Below, piece after piece: positions 12,020 to 24,239 of a stretch of DNA of 64,000 bases. Origin of the DNA: Haliotis rubra (lineage: Eukaryota); the NCBI RefSeq assembly GCF_003918875.1, contig NW_025767680.1, forward strand, positions 1 to 64,000, given 5' to 3'. The number at the start of each line of letters is the position of its first letter. The stretch's first letter is position 1. The notes beneath the pieces are model-generated. The model had not been told where the DNA came from and searched no databases. It saw only the letters and a program-made list of their open reading frames with translations. The position numbers and the translations under genes are program-made.

Positions 12020-12252
12020 TGTTGTTTTATGCCGCACTCAACATTATTCAAGCTATATGGCGGCTGCCTGTAAATAATCGAGACTGGACCAAACAATCAT
12101 AATCCAGTGATCAACACCATGCATATATGAGCATACGAGGGTACGATGACTTGTGTCAAACAAGTCTGTGAGGCTGACCATGCGATCCCGTTAGTCGCCT
12201 CTTACGACAAGCATGGGTTGCTAAAGACCAATTCTGACCCGGATCTCCATGG
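12020..12252 (-). mobile_element. SINE family B
   Basis: ttttatgccgcactcaacattattcaagc...gatcccgttagtcgcctcttacgacaagcatgggttg. Confidence 0.8.
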
Positions 12253-12588
12253 CTGTCGGTACATATGTAGCCGGATCGTCACGTTATAACGCAGATGGAT
12301 ATTTATATACAACACAGGACTCGTACATCAAGTCACACAGCACGTATCGCACTTCAACTCGCATAAACACCCCAGAGCCTTAAGGTGTTAAATAATACCT
12401 TATCAACCTGCTTCGTTGACAAGCATGTTAGATGATGAACGCAGTGTATTTGAGTATCAGCTATATTTAGGGGTCAACTAAATCACCTTCAGTAGGCTTT
12501 CAGTTGAAGTTTTCGATAAAGCAAACTGTGTAGAATCATCAGTCTTTTCAATGAGAAAGGTAATTAGGAATTCAATGTCGTAACACGG

Positions 12589-12694
12589 TCCCCACATGGG
12601 TACAATGTGTGAAGCCCATTTCTGGTGTCCCCCGCCGTGATGTTGCTGGAATATTGCTAAAAGCGGCGTAAAACCAAACTCAGTCAGTCAGTCA
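12589..12694 (+). mobile_element. 5'-truncated young SINE A with 12-bp TSD
   Basis: TSD gtcgtaacacgg at 12577-12588 and 12695-12706; (cagt)n tail. Confidence 0.88.
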
Positions 12695-13384
12695 GTCGTA
12701 ACACGGGAATCACAATCGACAAAGACATGGCTCTTTCTTTAAAACTGTCAGAGTTTACAGTATCACATAGCAGAATACATGGTGTTTGTACCTCAGGACT
12801 AGACAGTTCTGTGGGGCATATCATGGATCTGAGTGTCAACCTGCCAGCCACCAATGTCAGTCTGTCCGATCGCACTCTCTCCACTTCTTCAACAAATGAG
12901 CTGGAGATATACCGGTCTAACAGCTGTTGTCGCTCAAAAGAAGTTCTGCTTTCTGTTCTGGTTTAATATGTTGTTTCATTTTACCAAGTAGACCGCAGTT
13001 GATTGACGTGTGTATAAATAACTCATTTTTACTCGCTGTGTGCTCGTATTGTTACCGACGTCATATGAATCGATGTTGTGTAAACAGCGGCAGTCAAGAA
13101 GACTAAGTCAATGTGAACTCTCACGATATTGATAAAGTGCATTTCTTATACTCCACGGTTTATCAAATCTCTGAACACCCTGCTAGGAGTCACCTGAACC
13201 CCTCACGGTCTTGAAGGGAGAGACGGCTCGATTGTGATTCCGGTTTGGGGGCATTCATTCCTGCATTTTTTTCGTACACTCAGCAATATTAAATCTACTT
13301 CGCGTCCGAATTCATTGTCGGGGAGGGTAAAAACATCAAGATCTATGATAAACACGAAGGATATGATGTAACAAGTCATCCTCT

Positions 13385-13640
13385 CATAGTTAGGCAAGGA
13401 ATCCACACGTAGTAAAATAAGTAAGCCGTCCCTACGCAGTTAAGCAAGGAATCCACACGTAGTTAAGTAAGCCGTCCCTACGCAGTGAAGCAAGGAATGC
13501 CCTCATAGGTAAGTAATTATCCCTACGTTGTTAAGCAAGGAATCGCCACATAGTTAAGCAAGGCATCCCTACGTAGGTAAGCAGGGGATCACCACGTAGT
13601 TAAGAAAGAAATCCCCACGTAGTTAAGCAGGGGATCCCCT
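13385..13640. repeat. about 23-bp degenerate minisatellite
   Basis: Repeated gtagttaagcaaggaatccacac-like units. Confidence 0.75.
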
Positions 13641-14035
13641 GAAATAAGCTGAGAACACGTTTACAATCGCCAATGCAGCAGCAATAATCCGTTCGCATAT
13701 ACACCGTTGTCAACAGGCGCTGTGGCTTTGTTTGTACATTGTGGTCTGTCTTCAGTCAGAATTATTCATACACATTAATTAGAGTTACTGCATGAGATCA
13801 TTAAATATTTATTCCTCTAAGTGCAATCAAATATTATCTTACAACTCGTTGTTGCTTTTGACCTGTGTAACAGCACATGGATTTCCATATCCACATGGCA
13901 TAAAAAGCTTATGCATGTTAAATAGACATTCATATTTGTATTACATGAGGGTCACCATATTCATGAGATTGTAAGTTGGACATACATGTACACGAGTGTT
14001 TGGGCTTGAAACAATCGCATGATATCAATTTGATG

Positions 14036-14262
14036 GTGAGTGAGTTATTTTTACACTGCACTCAGCAAAATTCCAGCAATATGGCAGCGGTCTGTAAATA
14101 ATCGAGTCTGGACCAGACAATCCAGTGATCAACAGCATGAGCATCGGGATACGATGACATGTGTCAACCACGTAAGCGAGCCTGACCACCCGATCCCGTA
14201 AGTTGTCTCTTACGACAAATATGGGTTACTGAAGATCAATTCTAACCCAGATCTTCACGGGT
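14036..14262 (-). mobile_element. SINE family B, near full length
   Basis: Reverse strand starts acccgtgaagatctgggttagaattgatcttcagtaaccc and ends in the (actc)n tail. Confidence 0.85.
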
Positions 14263-15217
14263 TTAACTTGATACTTTGTTCAGACCAGCGTTAAGGGTGG
14301 ACATGTTACACTTTGATGCAACATTACGGTGATGCATTGATTTATAATAATCCATTCGTATAATTGTCACCGCTGTTATGCCTCCTAATCCCAGCGGAAC
14401 CTGTTTCCATGGACACCTGAGAATGGTCGACTTTGCAGATACAAATATACACAGCCATGTGAAGGTATACAGTTCTTCTATGTTCTCACCGACACTGCTG
14501 ACTCTTTCTGAAACATTTGTTTTGACTTTAATGACATTGATCTCCGATCGAGTGGCCAGTCATGTGTTCAGACCGTGCTGTGTACCATGTATCACGTTTT
14601 AGAGAACGTAAGAATTGGTTCAATGTTCTCAATTGTGATTAATCACCAAGACAATGTCATAGTATCACGTTATTTATGAACAACAGGGAATTCTAATTGG
14701 GTAATTGATGTGAAGTCTTAAACAAATACGGCTGGAAATGTGTTTGTCGAAATCAAGATGTACCAAATGAGATTCGTTCTTGATAGTTGTTCGCAAGAGA
14801 CGACATCGCACATTTTTAGTTCTGACAACTGTTCACTACTACATGTCCAGACACATTTCACCTCGGAATACCATCAGCATGACCAGATATCAGTTCCACA
14901 AGATTTAGAACAACATAATCACAGTTCAGATGCAGCTCTTACAGACTTATGATTGAAGTAGGCACTAACAGAAACATCCGCAATGAGAATATGTTCGCAG
15001 TATGATGTAAATGTGGCTGAATGCGAGATTCTCTGAGCGTCTATAAGAATTTCTACCATCTTATATAAATATACGGACCAGCCGTTGAACTTACATCCTA
15101 CTCGACGAATAGTTATACCGACAGTGTCAAAAACAGATAATTCTACGCTAAATAAAAATACGAACGTTCACATATCATGCTAATAATAGAATAACATCTA
15201 TTATACATATTTACAAG

Positions 15218-15375
15218 GGGGATGGTGGGGTAGCCTAGTGGTTAAAGCGTTGGCTCGTCACGCCGAAGACCCGGGTTCGATTCCCCACATGAGTACAATG
15301 TGTGAAGCTCATTTCTGTCCTCCGACGTGATATTGCTGGAATATTGCAGAAAGCGACGTAAAACAATATTCCCTC
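15218..15375 (+). mobile_element. SINE family A
   Basis: Intact A box (tagcctagtgg) and B box (ggttcgattccc) plus shared tail. Confidence 0.88.
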
Positions 15376-15892
15376 ACACACAAACGTCTTTCACTATGGG
15401 CCTGTGGATATTCAGTTTTGAATTCAACATATCTATGTACATTCGTCAAGCGTCATTCGGCTGATAAGGCCAGAAAGTCGACCCTCGCCGCCCTGTCCAA
15501 TACACCAAGGAGGCGCTCCTACTTTAACTCGAAAGAATCGCCGAGCTTATATCAACAAACCACTTGCACCTGAAACACCTCAGGCTGTCTAACGATAAGT
15601 GTCTCGTTGTGTTGCCAAGGAAGTACTGGTCTGGTTGCCAGCCACTTCATCCGGCTGCGTCTTGTGTCTTAGGAATGCAGAAACCAATGACAACGTACAA
15701 CTGATGGAACTATGGGATTACAGCATAGACGCCTCCAACTACAAACTACACTACTGCCGATAATAACGCTTAGGCCTGTATGTTGAGGAATAATTGTATT
15801 GCGATACGTATTGCGACATATTGGGAGCTACAGTGTTAGACAGTGGGTGATACTGATTGTACCTGCAGATCCTATCTTCTACATGTTAAGTA

Positions 15893-16130
15893 CCCGTTTG
15901 AATTGATCTTCAGTAACCCATGCTTGTCGTAAGAGGCGACTAACGGGATCGGGTGATCAGGCTCGCTGACTTGGTTGACACATGTCATCGTATCCCAATT
16001 GCGTAGATCTTTACTTATGCTGTTGATCACTGGATACTCTGGTTCAGACTGGATTATTTACAGACAGCCGCCATATTGGTGGAATATTGCTGAGTGCGGC
16101 GTTAAACTTAACTCACTCATTCACTCACTC
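15893..16130 (+). mobile_element. SINE family B
   Basis: gatcttcagtaacccatgcttgtcgtaagaggcgactaacgggatcggg...ggaatattgctgagtgcggcgttaaac(actc)n. Confidence 0.85.
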
Positions 16131-16819
16131 TACATCCTAGGGCCATAAAAATATATGTTATGGTTCTGATAACAGCAATCTCAAAATAAAGTTGTATAGT
16201 TAGGGATTTGTTCTAATTTGATTATTTTTGGTACAATTTATAGTATGTTAAGCAACAGTTTTCTCAGCATCAACAAGGGAAACATCAGGTGTGAATGAAA
16301 GATTTTCATTAAAACCATAGAGATAATCAAAGCATCTTTTATATTGGTTACCCAATGTATCGGTTCTCAGAAAGGGAAATTACAAAACGTATTGTTTGAA
16401 AAGCCTAATGTCGGTAATACCATGCAATCATAATAAAGATAAAAATAACAGTCCGTTTGTGCTGAACTTTATCATATCAGATATCACGCTCAGAGTGCAT
16501 TATTAGTCACATCATTACTTCATCTTCTACCCATCCAAACAGAGACAATGTCATGTTACACAAGTTCCGGTGTGGACCGGAAGTCCAGACACTGTCAGGA
16601 TCGAACCTGCTGTATACGGTCCAACATCTGCACATATAGTACAGGTTGCATGTTATACCAGGTAAACGTTTTCAGAGGGCATTATGTTAGCTGCAGAGCG
16701 TAATTACTTCAGCATTCCATTCACATATTTCATACAGTTATCTCCCTTGGTATGTTGAGAATATTGTATTTTCATCATCTGCTCAGCACATGTAATGGCA
16801 CCAACGATGAAGCATAAAC

Positions 16820-17387
16820 ACACCTGGTGTTATTTGATAACACCTAGCAGTACTGAATGACACCTGGTGGTACTGAATGACACCTGGTGGTACTTGATGA
16901 CACAAAGTGGTACTGAATGACACCTGGTGGTACTGAATGACACCTGGTGGTCCTTGATGACACCTGGTGGTACTGAATGACACCTGGTGGTACTTGATGA
17001 CACCTGGTGGTACTAAATGACACAAAGTGGTACTTGATGACACCTGGTGGTACTGAATGACACCTGGTGGTACTAAATGACACAAAGTGGTACTTGATGA
17101 CACCTGGTGGTACTGAATGACACCTGGTGGTACTAAATGACACAAAGTGGTACTTGATGACACCTGGTGGTACTGAATGACACCTGGTGGTACTAAATGA
17201 CACAAAGTGGTACTTGATGACACCTGGTGGTACTTGATGACACCTGGTGGTACTAAATGACACAAAGTGGTACTTGATGACACCTGGTGGTACTGAATGA
17301 CACCTGGTGGTACTGAATGACACCTGGTGGTACTGAATGACACCTGGTGGTACTAAATGACACCTGGTGGTACTGAATGACACCTGC
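16820..17387. repeat. 20-bp minisatellite with a 60-bp higher-order period
   Basis: Unit gacacctggtggtactgaat; the 60-base rows starting at 17041, 17101 and 17161 are identical. Confidence 0.95.
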
Positions 17388-18534
17388 TGCACTTTCCACA
17401 TCAAGTCCCTCTATTCCATTTCTACAAGTGGACTTCTTTGTCCATACTCTCGTAGGCCATATATTGATAAGACGTTACATTAATTGCCCATTCCCATGGT
17501 TATATTTGCTGTACATAACATTGGCACTTAAATATACATTATTCGCCCATTTTTCCCTCTTCTCGCTGATTTCCCTCTGAGAAGTTCACATCAGAAACTA
17601 AACATCGGCATTGTTCCGTCATATAGCGACGACACCACGTTTGTTCACAAAGTATAAATGCGTTTATTAAAGTGCACATTTCTTCATTACATTGTTATTT
17701 AGAAAGAGAAAAGGTCATAGCGCCAAATTCAGAAACACAAGCAACTTGTCACACACTTTACAATTGCAATTTATGATACAGATTATTTTTTCTTAGAAAA
17801 TAACCATAAGCCTCTCTAATCCAACCCCACAACCCAGTTCATATTGATAAATTCGTGTTGGGGTGTTGAGTCGGCCGTCTTATCACCACAGACGTGAGGG
17901 TCGTTATGCTATTTATACGTTATCTTCCTATCTGATATCGCTACAATGCAGTACCTCGATTATGCTACAGTCATACACCTCCCAACGTTGCCACACATAA
18001 TGCTGACACATTTGTTGGAATCAGGCTATCGATATCGGCATTCATTTTAATACATGGTACTCTCTCTGGGTTCAGATATACGCCATGACATCCCATTTGT
18101 TAACAAAACTCATGTGTAACATGTGCTGAATTAGAAGTCAATAATATCATACCGTGACACGAAGGAAAGTATTGACCCTCACACTGCACTGATTATTGAT
18201 TGATTTAAAAATATTTATCATTTAATAACAACTAAGTCCTATTTACACAGAATCAAACTTCTCAGTAACCAACCTGTTTCAGGCTCACCCTGCTCTACTC
18301 ACTAGACAGTGGACTGTTCCATTATACCCGTGGGTGTAACCCTAATTAACCTTCTAGTTCAGTGTCTGTCAATTGGGTGTCTGTCAAATGTGTGTCTGTC
18401 AAATGGGAGATAACCATTCCAACCAGCGACGGAGAGATCACCTAATCCGCTAATCCCAGGCTGGGAGCAGGCACGTATAACGTATTAAGGCTTTTCGCTC
18501 GTTTAGTTCTCGCATTACGCGTGTTTCGTGAAGA

Positions 18535-18670
18535 GTGAGTGAGTTTAGATTTACGCCGCTGTTTTAAATATTCCAGCAATATCACGGCAAGGGACAGAAC
18601 AATGGGCTTCACACATTGTACCCATGTGGGGAATCAAACGCGTTAACCGCTAGGCTACCCCATCGCCCGT
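18535..18670 (-). mobile_element. SINE family A, internally deleted
   Basis: gagtgagtttagatttacgccgctg...gggcttcacacattgtacccatgtggggaatc...taggctacccc. Confidence 0.75.
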
Positions 18671-19934
18671 GTTAGGTGAAGACGAAATACTGCTCCAGAA
18701 TGACATTTCGTTGCTATGGCGAGTCAGAATATAACCGGAAACGGAACTGAATATAAGTGATGCGAAAAAAAAATCAACAGCATTTTGTGGTGACTGTGAA
18801 AATTAAAAATAAATTCTGATATTGGATTACTATAATTGTTGATTATTATATATTACTAGAAATTAAATTCAACAGAACACATGGCTGATACACAGATTAA
18901 TCATAAAAGTTGTATAACCACAAGGAATGAAATGTGCTGCCTTTTAAGAATTAGGTAACTTACCATATGAATATCAGAAGGAATCTGTTACCGGCCAAAT
19001 GTCAAAAAGGATTTCGGAAGATTTCACATTTTTTTAACTTGACTCAAAACGATTCAAATCCCTCGACATTTTCAGTACAGTTTAACTAATGTCTTCATCC
19101 GTAAAACCATGTGTTTCATGAGACCAAGGTTCCTCAAACTGAGAATACCTCCCGTCTGTCACGTGACCAGTTGGTCAAGTACGGCTAATGTAAACGTCCT
19201 TTAATCACGATGTGTAGGCTGTGTACACAAGCCCTGTGCGCTGACAGTATGTACACAGGTAGGTCGATGTACCCGCTCTAAGTAATGCATACGGTTGAAA
19301 ATGAATATGAAAACACAGTCAAACACATACTATCTACACATGGCTGGTGTATAGACCTCTCACAGTCCTCATTCCACAGCCTGCTTCTCTATATCGTCAT
19401 TCTCTTATAAATAGCCTATTGAGCTCGTTTCAAATCCGGTCGCTGCTGCACATGAGGAACAGGTTCATATCTACTTTCTAAAAATATCCATTATAAACAT
19501 GTCGAAATATTTTGTAATTTTGAAACATTTCATTTTTAACGTGAATAACATTAAGGGATGTATAATGCCGTGTGGACTAACGGTGAAGAGGGTGTAGCAA
19601 TGAAGGACAACATAGACATTACTGCCGTTATAGATCGTCTCAGGTAACACTGTCCTCTCTGTGTTAGAACGCTCAAGGTGTGAGGATCACACGGATGGGA
19701 CTGTGTTACCTGAACCCCGGTATGGCGATGCGTCAATGCGGTCTAGGTGCTGGTATGTTCAATACTGTATGACTGGTAACAAGAGAGCGGAAGAGTGTAC
19801 TAGCTGTTAAAATGACTAACAGAAAAAACACTCTCATTGTTAGTCGAGATTACATAGAGATACCGGCCTGCATCTACTGTGCATGTGTTGTGTTCGTTAC
19901 CAGGTGACAGGAAAACATGATTCAGCCATGTAAC

Positions 19935-20921
19935 ATGCTGAACGACTGACAAGAAGGCACGATGTAATCAGGCAGAATGCTGACCGACTGACACCAAGAC
20001 ACGATGTAATCAGGCAATATGGTAAACGACTGACAACAAGACACGATGTAATCAGGCAATATGGTAAACGACTGACAACAAGACACGATGTAATCAGGCA
20101 ATATGGTGAACGACTGACAACAAGACACGATGTAATCAGGCAATATGGTGAACGACTGACAACAAAACACGATGTAATCAGGCAATATGGTGAACAATTG
20201 ACAATAAGACACAATGTAATGAGGCAATATGGTAAACAACTGACAACAAGACATGATGTAATCAGGCAATATGGTGAACGACTGACAACACGACACGATG
20301 TAATCAGGCAATATGGTGAACAACTGACAACAAAACACGATGTAATCAGGCAATATGGTAAACGACTGACACCAAGACACGATGTAATCAGGCAATATGG
20401 TGAACGACTGACAACAAGACACAATGTAATGAGGCAATATGGTAAACGACTGAGACCAAGACACGATGTAATCAGGCAATATGATGAACGACTGACAACA
20501 AAGCACGATGTAATCAGGCAATATGGTGAACAATTGACAATAAGACACAATGTAATGAGGCAATATGGTAAACAACTGACAACAAGACATGATGTAATCA
20601 GGCAATATGGTGAACGACTGACAACACGACACGATGTAATCAGGCAGAATGGTGACCAACTGACAACAAAACACGATGTAATCAGGCAATATGGTAAACG
20701 ACTGACACCAAGACACGATGTAATCAGGCAATATGGTGAACGACTGACAACAAGACACAATGTAATGAGGCAATATGGTAAACGACTGACAACAAGACAC
20801 GATGTAATCAGGCAATATGGTGAACAACTGACAACAAAACACGATGTAATCAGGCAATATGGTAAACGACTGACACCAAGACACGATGCAATCAGGCAAT
20901 ATGGTGAACGACTGACAACAA
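19935..20921. repeat. 42-bp minisatellite, about 24 copies
   Basis: Unit acgatgtaatcaggcaatatggtgaacgactgacaacaagac; source of three spurious repetitive ORFs. Confidence 0.95.
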
Positions 20922-21529
20922 GATTTTGGAAAACTTGTTTGCATTAACAATAGTGTTCACAAGATTGGTTTTGTCGGTTGCCATGAACTAATCATCAATT
21001 ATGGGATTTTAACCAATTCCAAAACTTCTATGAAGTCGATATTGTCTTTACCATGCAAACAACATCTGAACTGGTTCTCACGTTGGAGCTAGTGCAAAAC
21101 TAAGACAAGATTTGTCACTGTTACCGCCATACATACACCCTGTGTCTGTGACCTACTGATGCCGACGAGATAACATTGACATGTATACATAAACACAAAC
21201 CTGGCTACCATCTTAATTTTATGCATCACGACATAATGTTTAAGACGCATATTACTAAAATTTCAACATTCTCCTTTCTTCTGATATTGCAAGTAACATT
21301 TTGAATAATGTAATTTCAAACAAAATATAATCTACATTTCAATTTACAATCACATGGCAAGTTTTGTTTTCATTACAAATGTTATTTTGAAATAGTTATA
21401 TTTCATTGATTTCTCTATGTGGACAATTCTGATATTATTAACGAGAAACATCGTGTAAATTTATGATGATTGTGGGAATGTCTTTGTTGTTTTTTTTCAT
21501 TTATATTCCACGTAGTAATACGCATGATA

Positions 21530-22150
21530 CAACGTCATTAACGTACTGTTACAGACGTCTTGACTTTTCCGTAAAAGATGCTTTCACTTTTTTTAAAAAA
21601 ATCATAATTCCAACTCATGCATACGGGGCTGAAATTTTGAGTTGGGAGGAAAGGAGTAATATTGAAATTATCCATTGGAAGTTTTGTAAATTTGTTCTCA
21701 ATATTAGTTATATATCGCCGAATGCTGTATCATAGGGAGAGTGTGGAACATACACTTTAGGTTTCCTATCAAATGTCACGTATTAAGTATTGGCTACGAT
21801 TGTTAAGAATGCAACGCCAAAGACATATTTTCCAATGTTATAAGAGGCCAAGTCGGGCCAAACATGTGAAATATTTTCTTTTATCGTTATTGTTACTGTT
21901 TGTTTTGGATAAGCCAAGAGGTTGTGGATCCAGGTCATTTTGTTTATATCTTTAGTCACGTGTTAAAGAATGTGCTTATCTGAAGTGGCTTTATTCTCCT
22001 TAGAGTGATTCTCTCACATTGTATAATTCTCAAGTCTGTACTTAATTCTGAAAATGTTTGTTAAACACTAGTACCTATGAGCAAAGACGTGGACTAACTT
22101 TATCTAGAAGTGGATATCTAAGTAAGAAAAATGTCTTTAGTAATAATCCC
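21530..22150 (+). mobile_element. decayed non-LTR retrotransposon (RTEX-like) ORF2 3' fragment
   Basis: IIPTHAYGAEIL...IEIIHWKFCKFVL...PNAVS*GECG...IKYWLRLLRM matches the post-RT region of LINE ORF2; stops and frameshifts. Confidence 0.75.
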
Positions 22151-22171
22151 TACATTTGAAAACACTGTAAT

Positions 22172-22333
22172 GACTGACTGACTGACTGAGTTTAGTTTTA
22201 CGCCGCTTTTTGCAATATTCCAGCGGTGGACACCAGAAATGGGCTTAACACATTGTGCCGATGTAGGGAATCGAACTCGGGTCTTCGGCGTGACGAGCCA
22301 ACGCTTTAACCACTAGGCTACCCCACCGCCCCC
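22172..22333 (-). mobile_element. SINE family A with TSD
   Basis: TSD ctgtaatg on both sides. Confidence 0.85.
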
Positions 22334-22390
22334 TGTAATGTAATGCTGAATGAAATACATGTATTGTATGATTGTGTTTATTATGTAACA

Positions 22391-22429
22391 GAGAGAGAGA
22401 GAGAGAGAGAAGGAGAGAGAGAGTGAGAA

Positions 22430-22467
<38 letters not shown>
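22391..22467. repeat. (GA)n microsatellite
   Basis: Direct reading. Confidence 0.95.
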
Positions 22468-23422
22468 CGTTTCATCCAAAATTGTAGTAGTGGTTCAAAT
22501 AATAACTTCTTTCTGTTAAATCTTGTTAAATCTCGTATACATGTGCATAAAACATAAAAAAGTAACTGTAGAATTTTATGTTATATCATTTGTACTTTTG
22601 GTCATATGGCCTTTCTACAAAAAAATATCTTGAATCTTGAAACTAACTGTCAATCTCAAAACACTATAGTCAGTTTCATCAGTTACCTTATTTTCATTTC
22701 TGGAATATCTGGCCACAGTAACTACCTCGTTGGGTATAGTTCATCACTGTTACTTCCACATGAGACACTTAATGGTCACTATCGGTCACATGTTCTGGGT
22801 TGATTTTAAAAGCGACAAAACACCTTCCACGTCCATGAGAAATCGATGCTAAAAGCAGACCCGATTGCGCAATTCCGATCATATTATCATGTGTTTAAGC
22901 AAATAGTGATGATACCAGGTGATCGGAAAAGGTGAGCGTACCCTGCCTCAACACCCACATTCACCGCCATTACGGTGTCCCCAACTAGCAATGCGACCAG
23001 TTTGCCATACAGCTGTAAACCAACAGGGGGGTATGGTTGACACACGACTAAAGTTGACTATACCTGCGAGGTGAGGTGCCAAGTAAATAGGTCGTATACG
23101 TGCACACCTTGAGGGGTAATCCTTTATCGACACACACTACTTCAAATAATACGTTATGGTCGTATTTGCAATATTAAAGCTGCTATAGAAAATGACTCTT
23201 TCAAACATATAGGTCGGTGTTTGTAGAGTACAGAGCAGTGCAATCGAAGGAACACATAAGAGACGGCGTTTACCACCGCCTCCCGCACTATAGCGCTATG
23301 CAGGGATAGAAAGTTTAAGCCCGGACAAACAAAGCGTTGTTATTGTCCTCAGCACTAGAGGACTCAGCCCTCCGTTAACTAACCACCCTGGCATTTCGTG
23401 ATTCAGTTTCATGAGGACATTT

Positions 23423-23668
23423 NNNNNNNNNNNNNNNNNNNNNNNNNNNNNNNNNNNNNNNNNNNNNNNNNNNNNNNNNNNNNNNNNNNNNNNNNNNNNN
23501 NNNNNNNNNNNNNNNNNNNNNNNNNNNNNNNNNNNNNNNNNNNNNNNNNNNNNNNNNNNNNNNNNNNNNNNNNNNNNNNNNNNNNNNNNNNNNNNNNNNN
23601 NNNNNNNNNNNNNNNNNNNNNNNNNNNNNNNNNNNNNNNNNNNNNNNNNNNNNNNNNNNNNNNNNNNN
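23423..23668. other. assembly gap (N run)
   Basis: N bases. Confidence 0.98.
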
Positions 23669-24239
23669 TGCTAGTTTATCTTGTTGCTCAAGTATCAATT
23701 CATTAGAACATTTCAAACCAATATACACTATAATAGAATGTCCAGCTCATGTATCGACATTCATTTTAGTCTTATTGTTTTGTTACCTGACATGACCGCA
23801 GGTAGTGATGCTATAACATTATTTCATGACCGAGACAGATTTATGTTTTTCTTATAGCATTAATTTCACTGGTTTAATATGGCCTACTAATTCCTTTTTT
23901 TCTACAAACTGTGAAACCAAGGTATTGTTTTACATGGCCAGACAGCCTCAAGCCAGACTTTGAGTTCACCTCGCTAGGGGCGGTGGATTATCCCTACACA
24001 ATACCTGGGATTAACGGAGAACTGTGTCTCTATTGTAGCCAACTGACCTGCACATGACTGGAACCACTTCTGTTTCCGTCCTTCTCCCTCTGTGACAAGT
24101 AACCAAACAGATGATCGCTGTAGGCAATCAGAGCAGTAATGGCCAGTTGTATTGAGGTACGCACGGATAACTCACAAGTAATAAACAATACTGTTGAAAG
24201 TTTGCGCCCAACGGAAATGACAAATCATTGAACTGTAAC

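Noticed and set aside
12684-12966. Overlapping 66-79 aa ORFs
   Set aside because: No recognisable motif or convincing splice sites; adjacent to a SINE insertion
14378-14952. Possible ancient RT fragment (ENIEELYTFTWL on the minus strand)
   Set aside because: Only one weak motif resemblance; too decayed to support
15218-15295. tRNA genes at SINE A heads
   Set aside because: A/B boxes are always followed by the SINE body and tail, often with TSDs; no convincing cloverleaf
19558-19643. Possible plus-strand first exon MYNAVWTNGEEGVAMKDNIDITAVIDRL
   Set aside because: No partner exon found; could arise by chance
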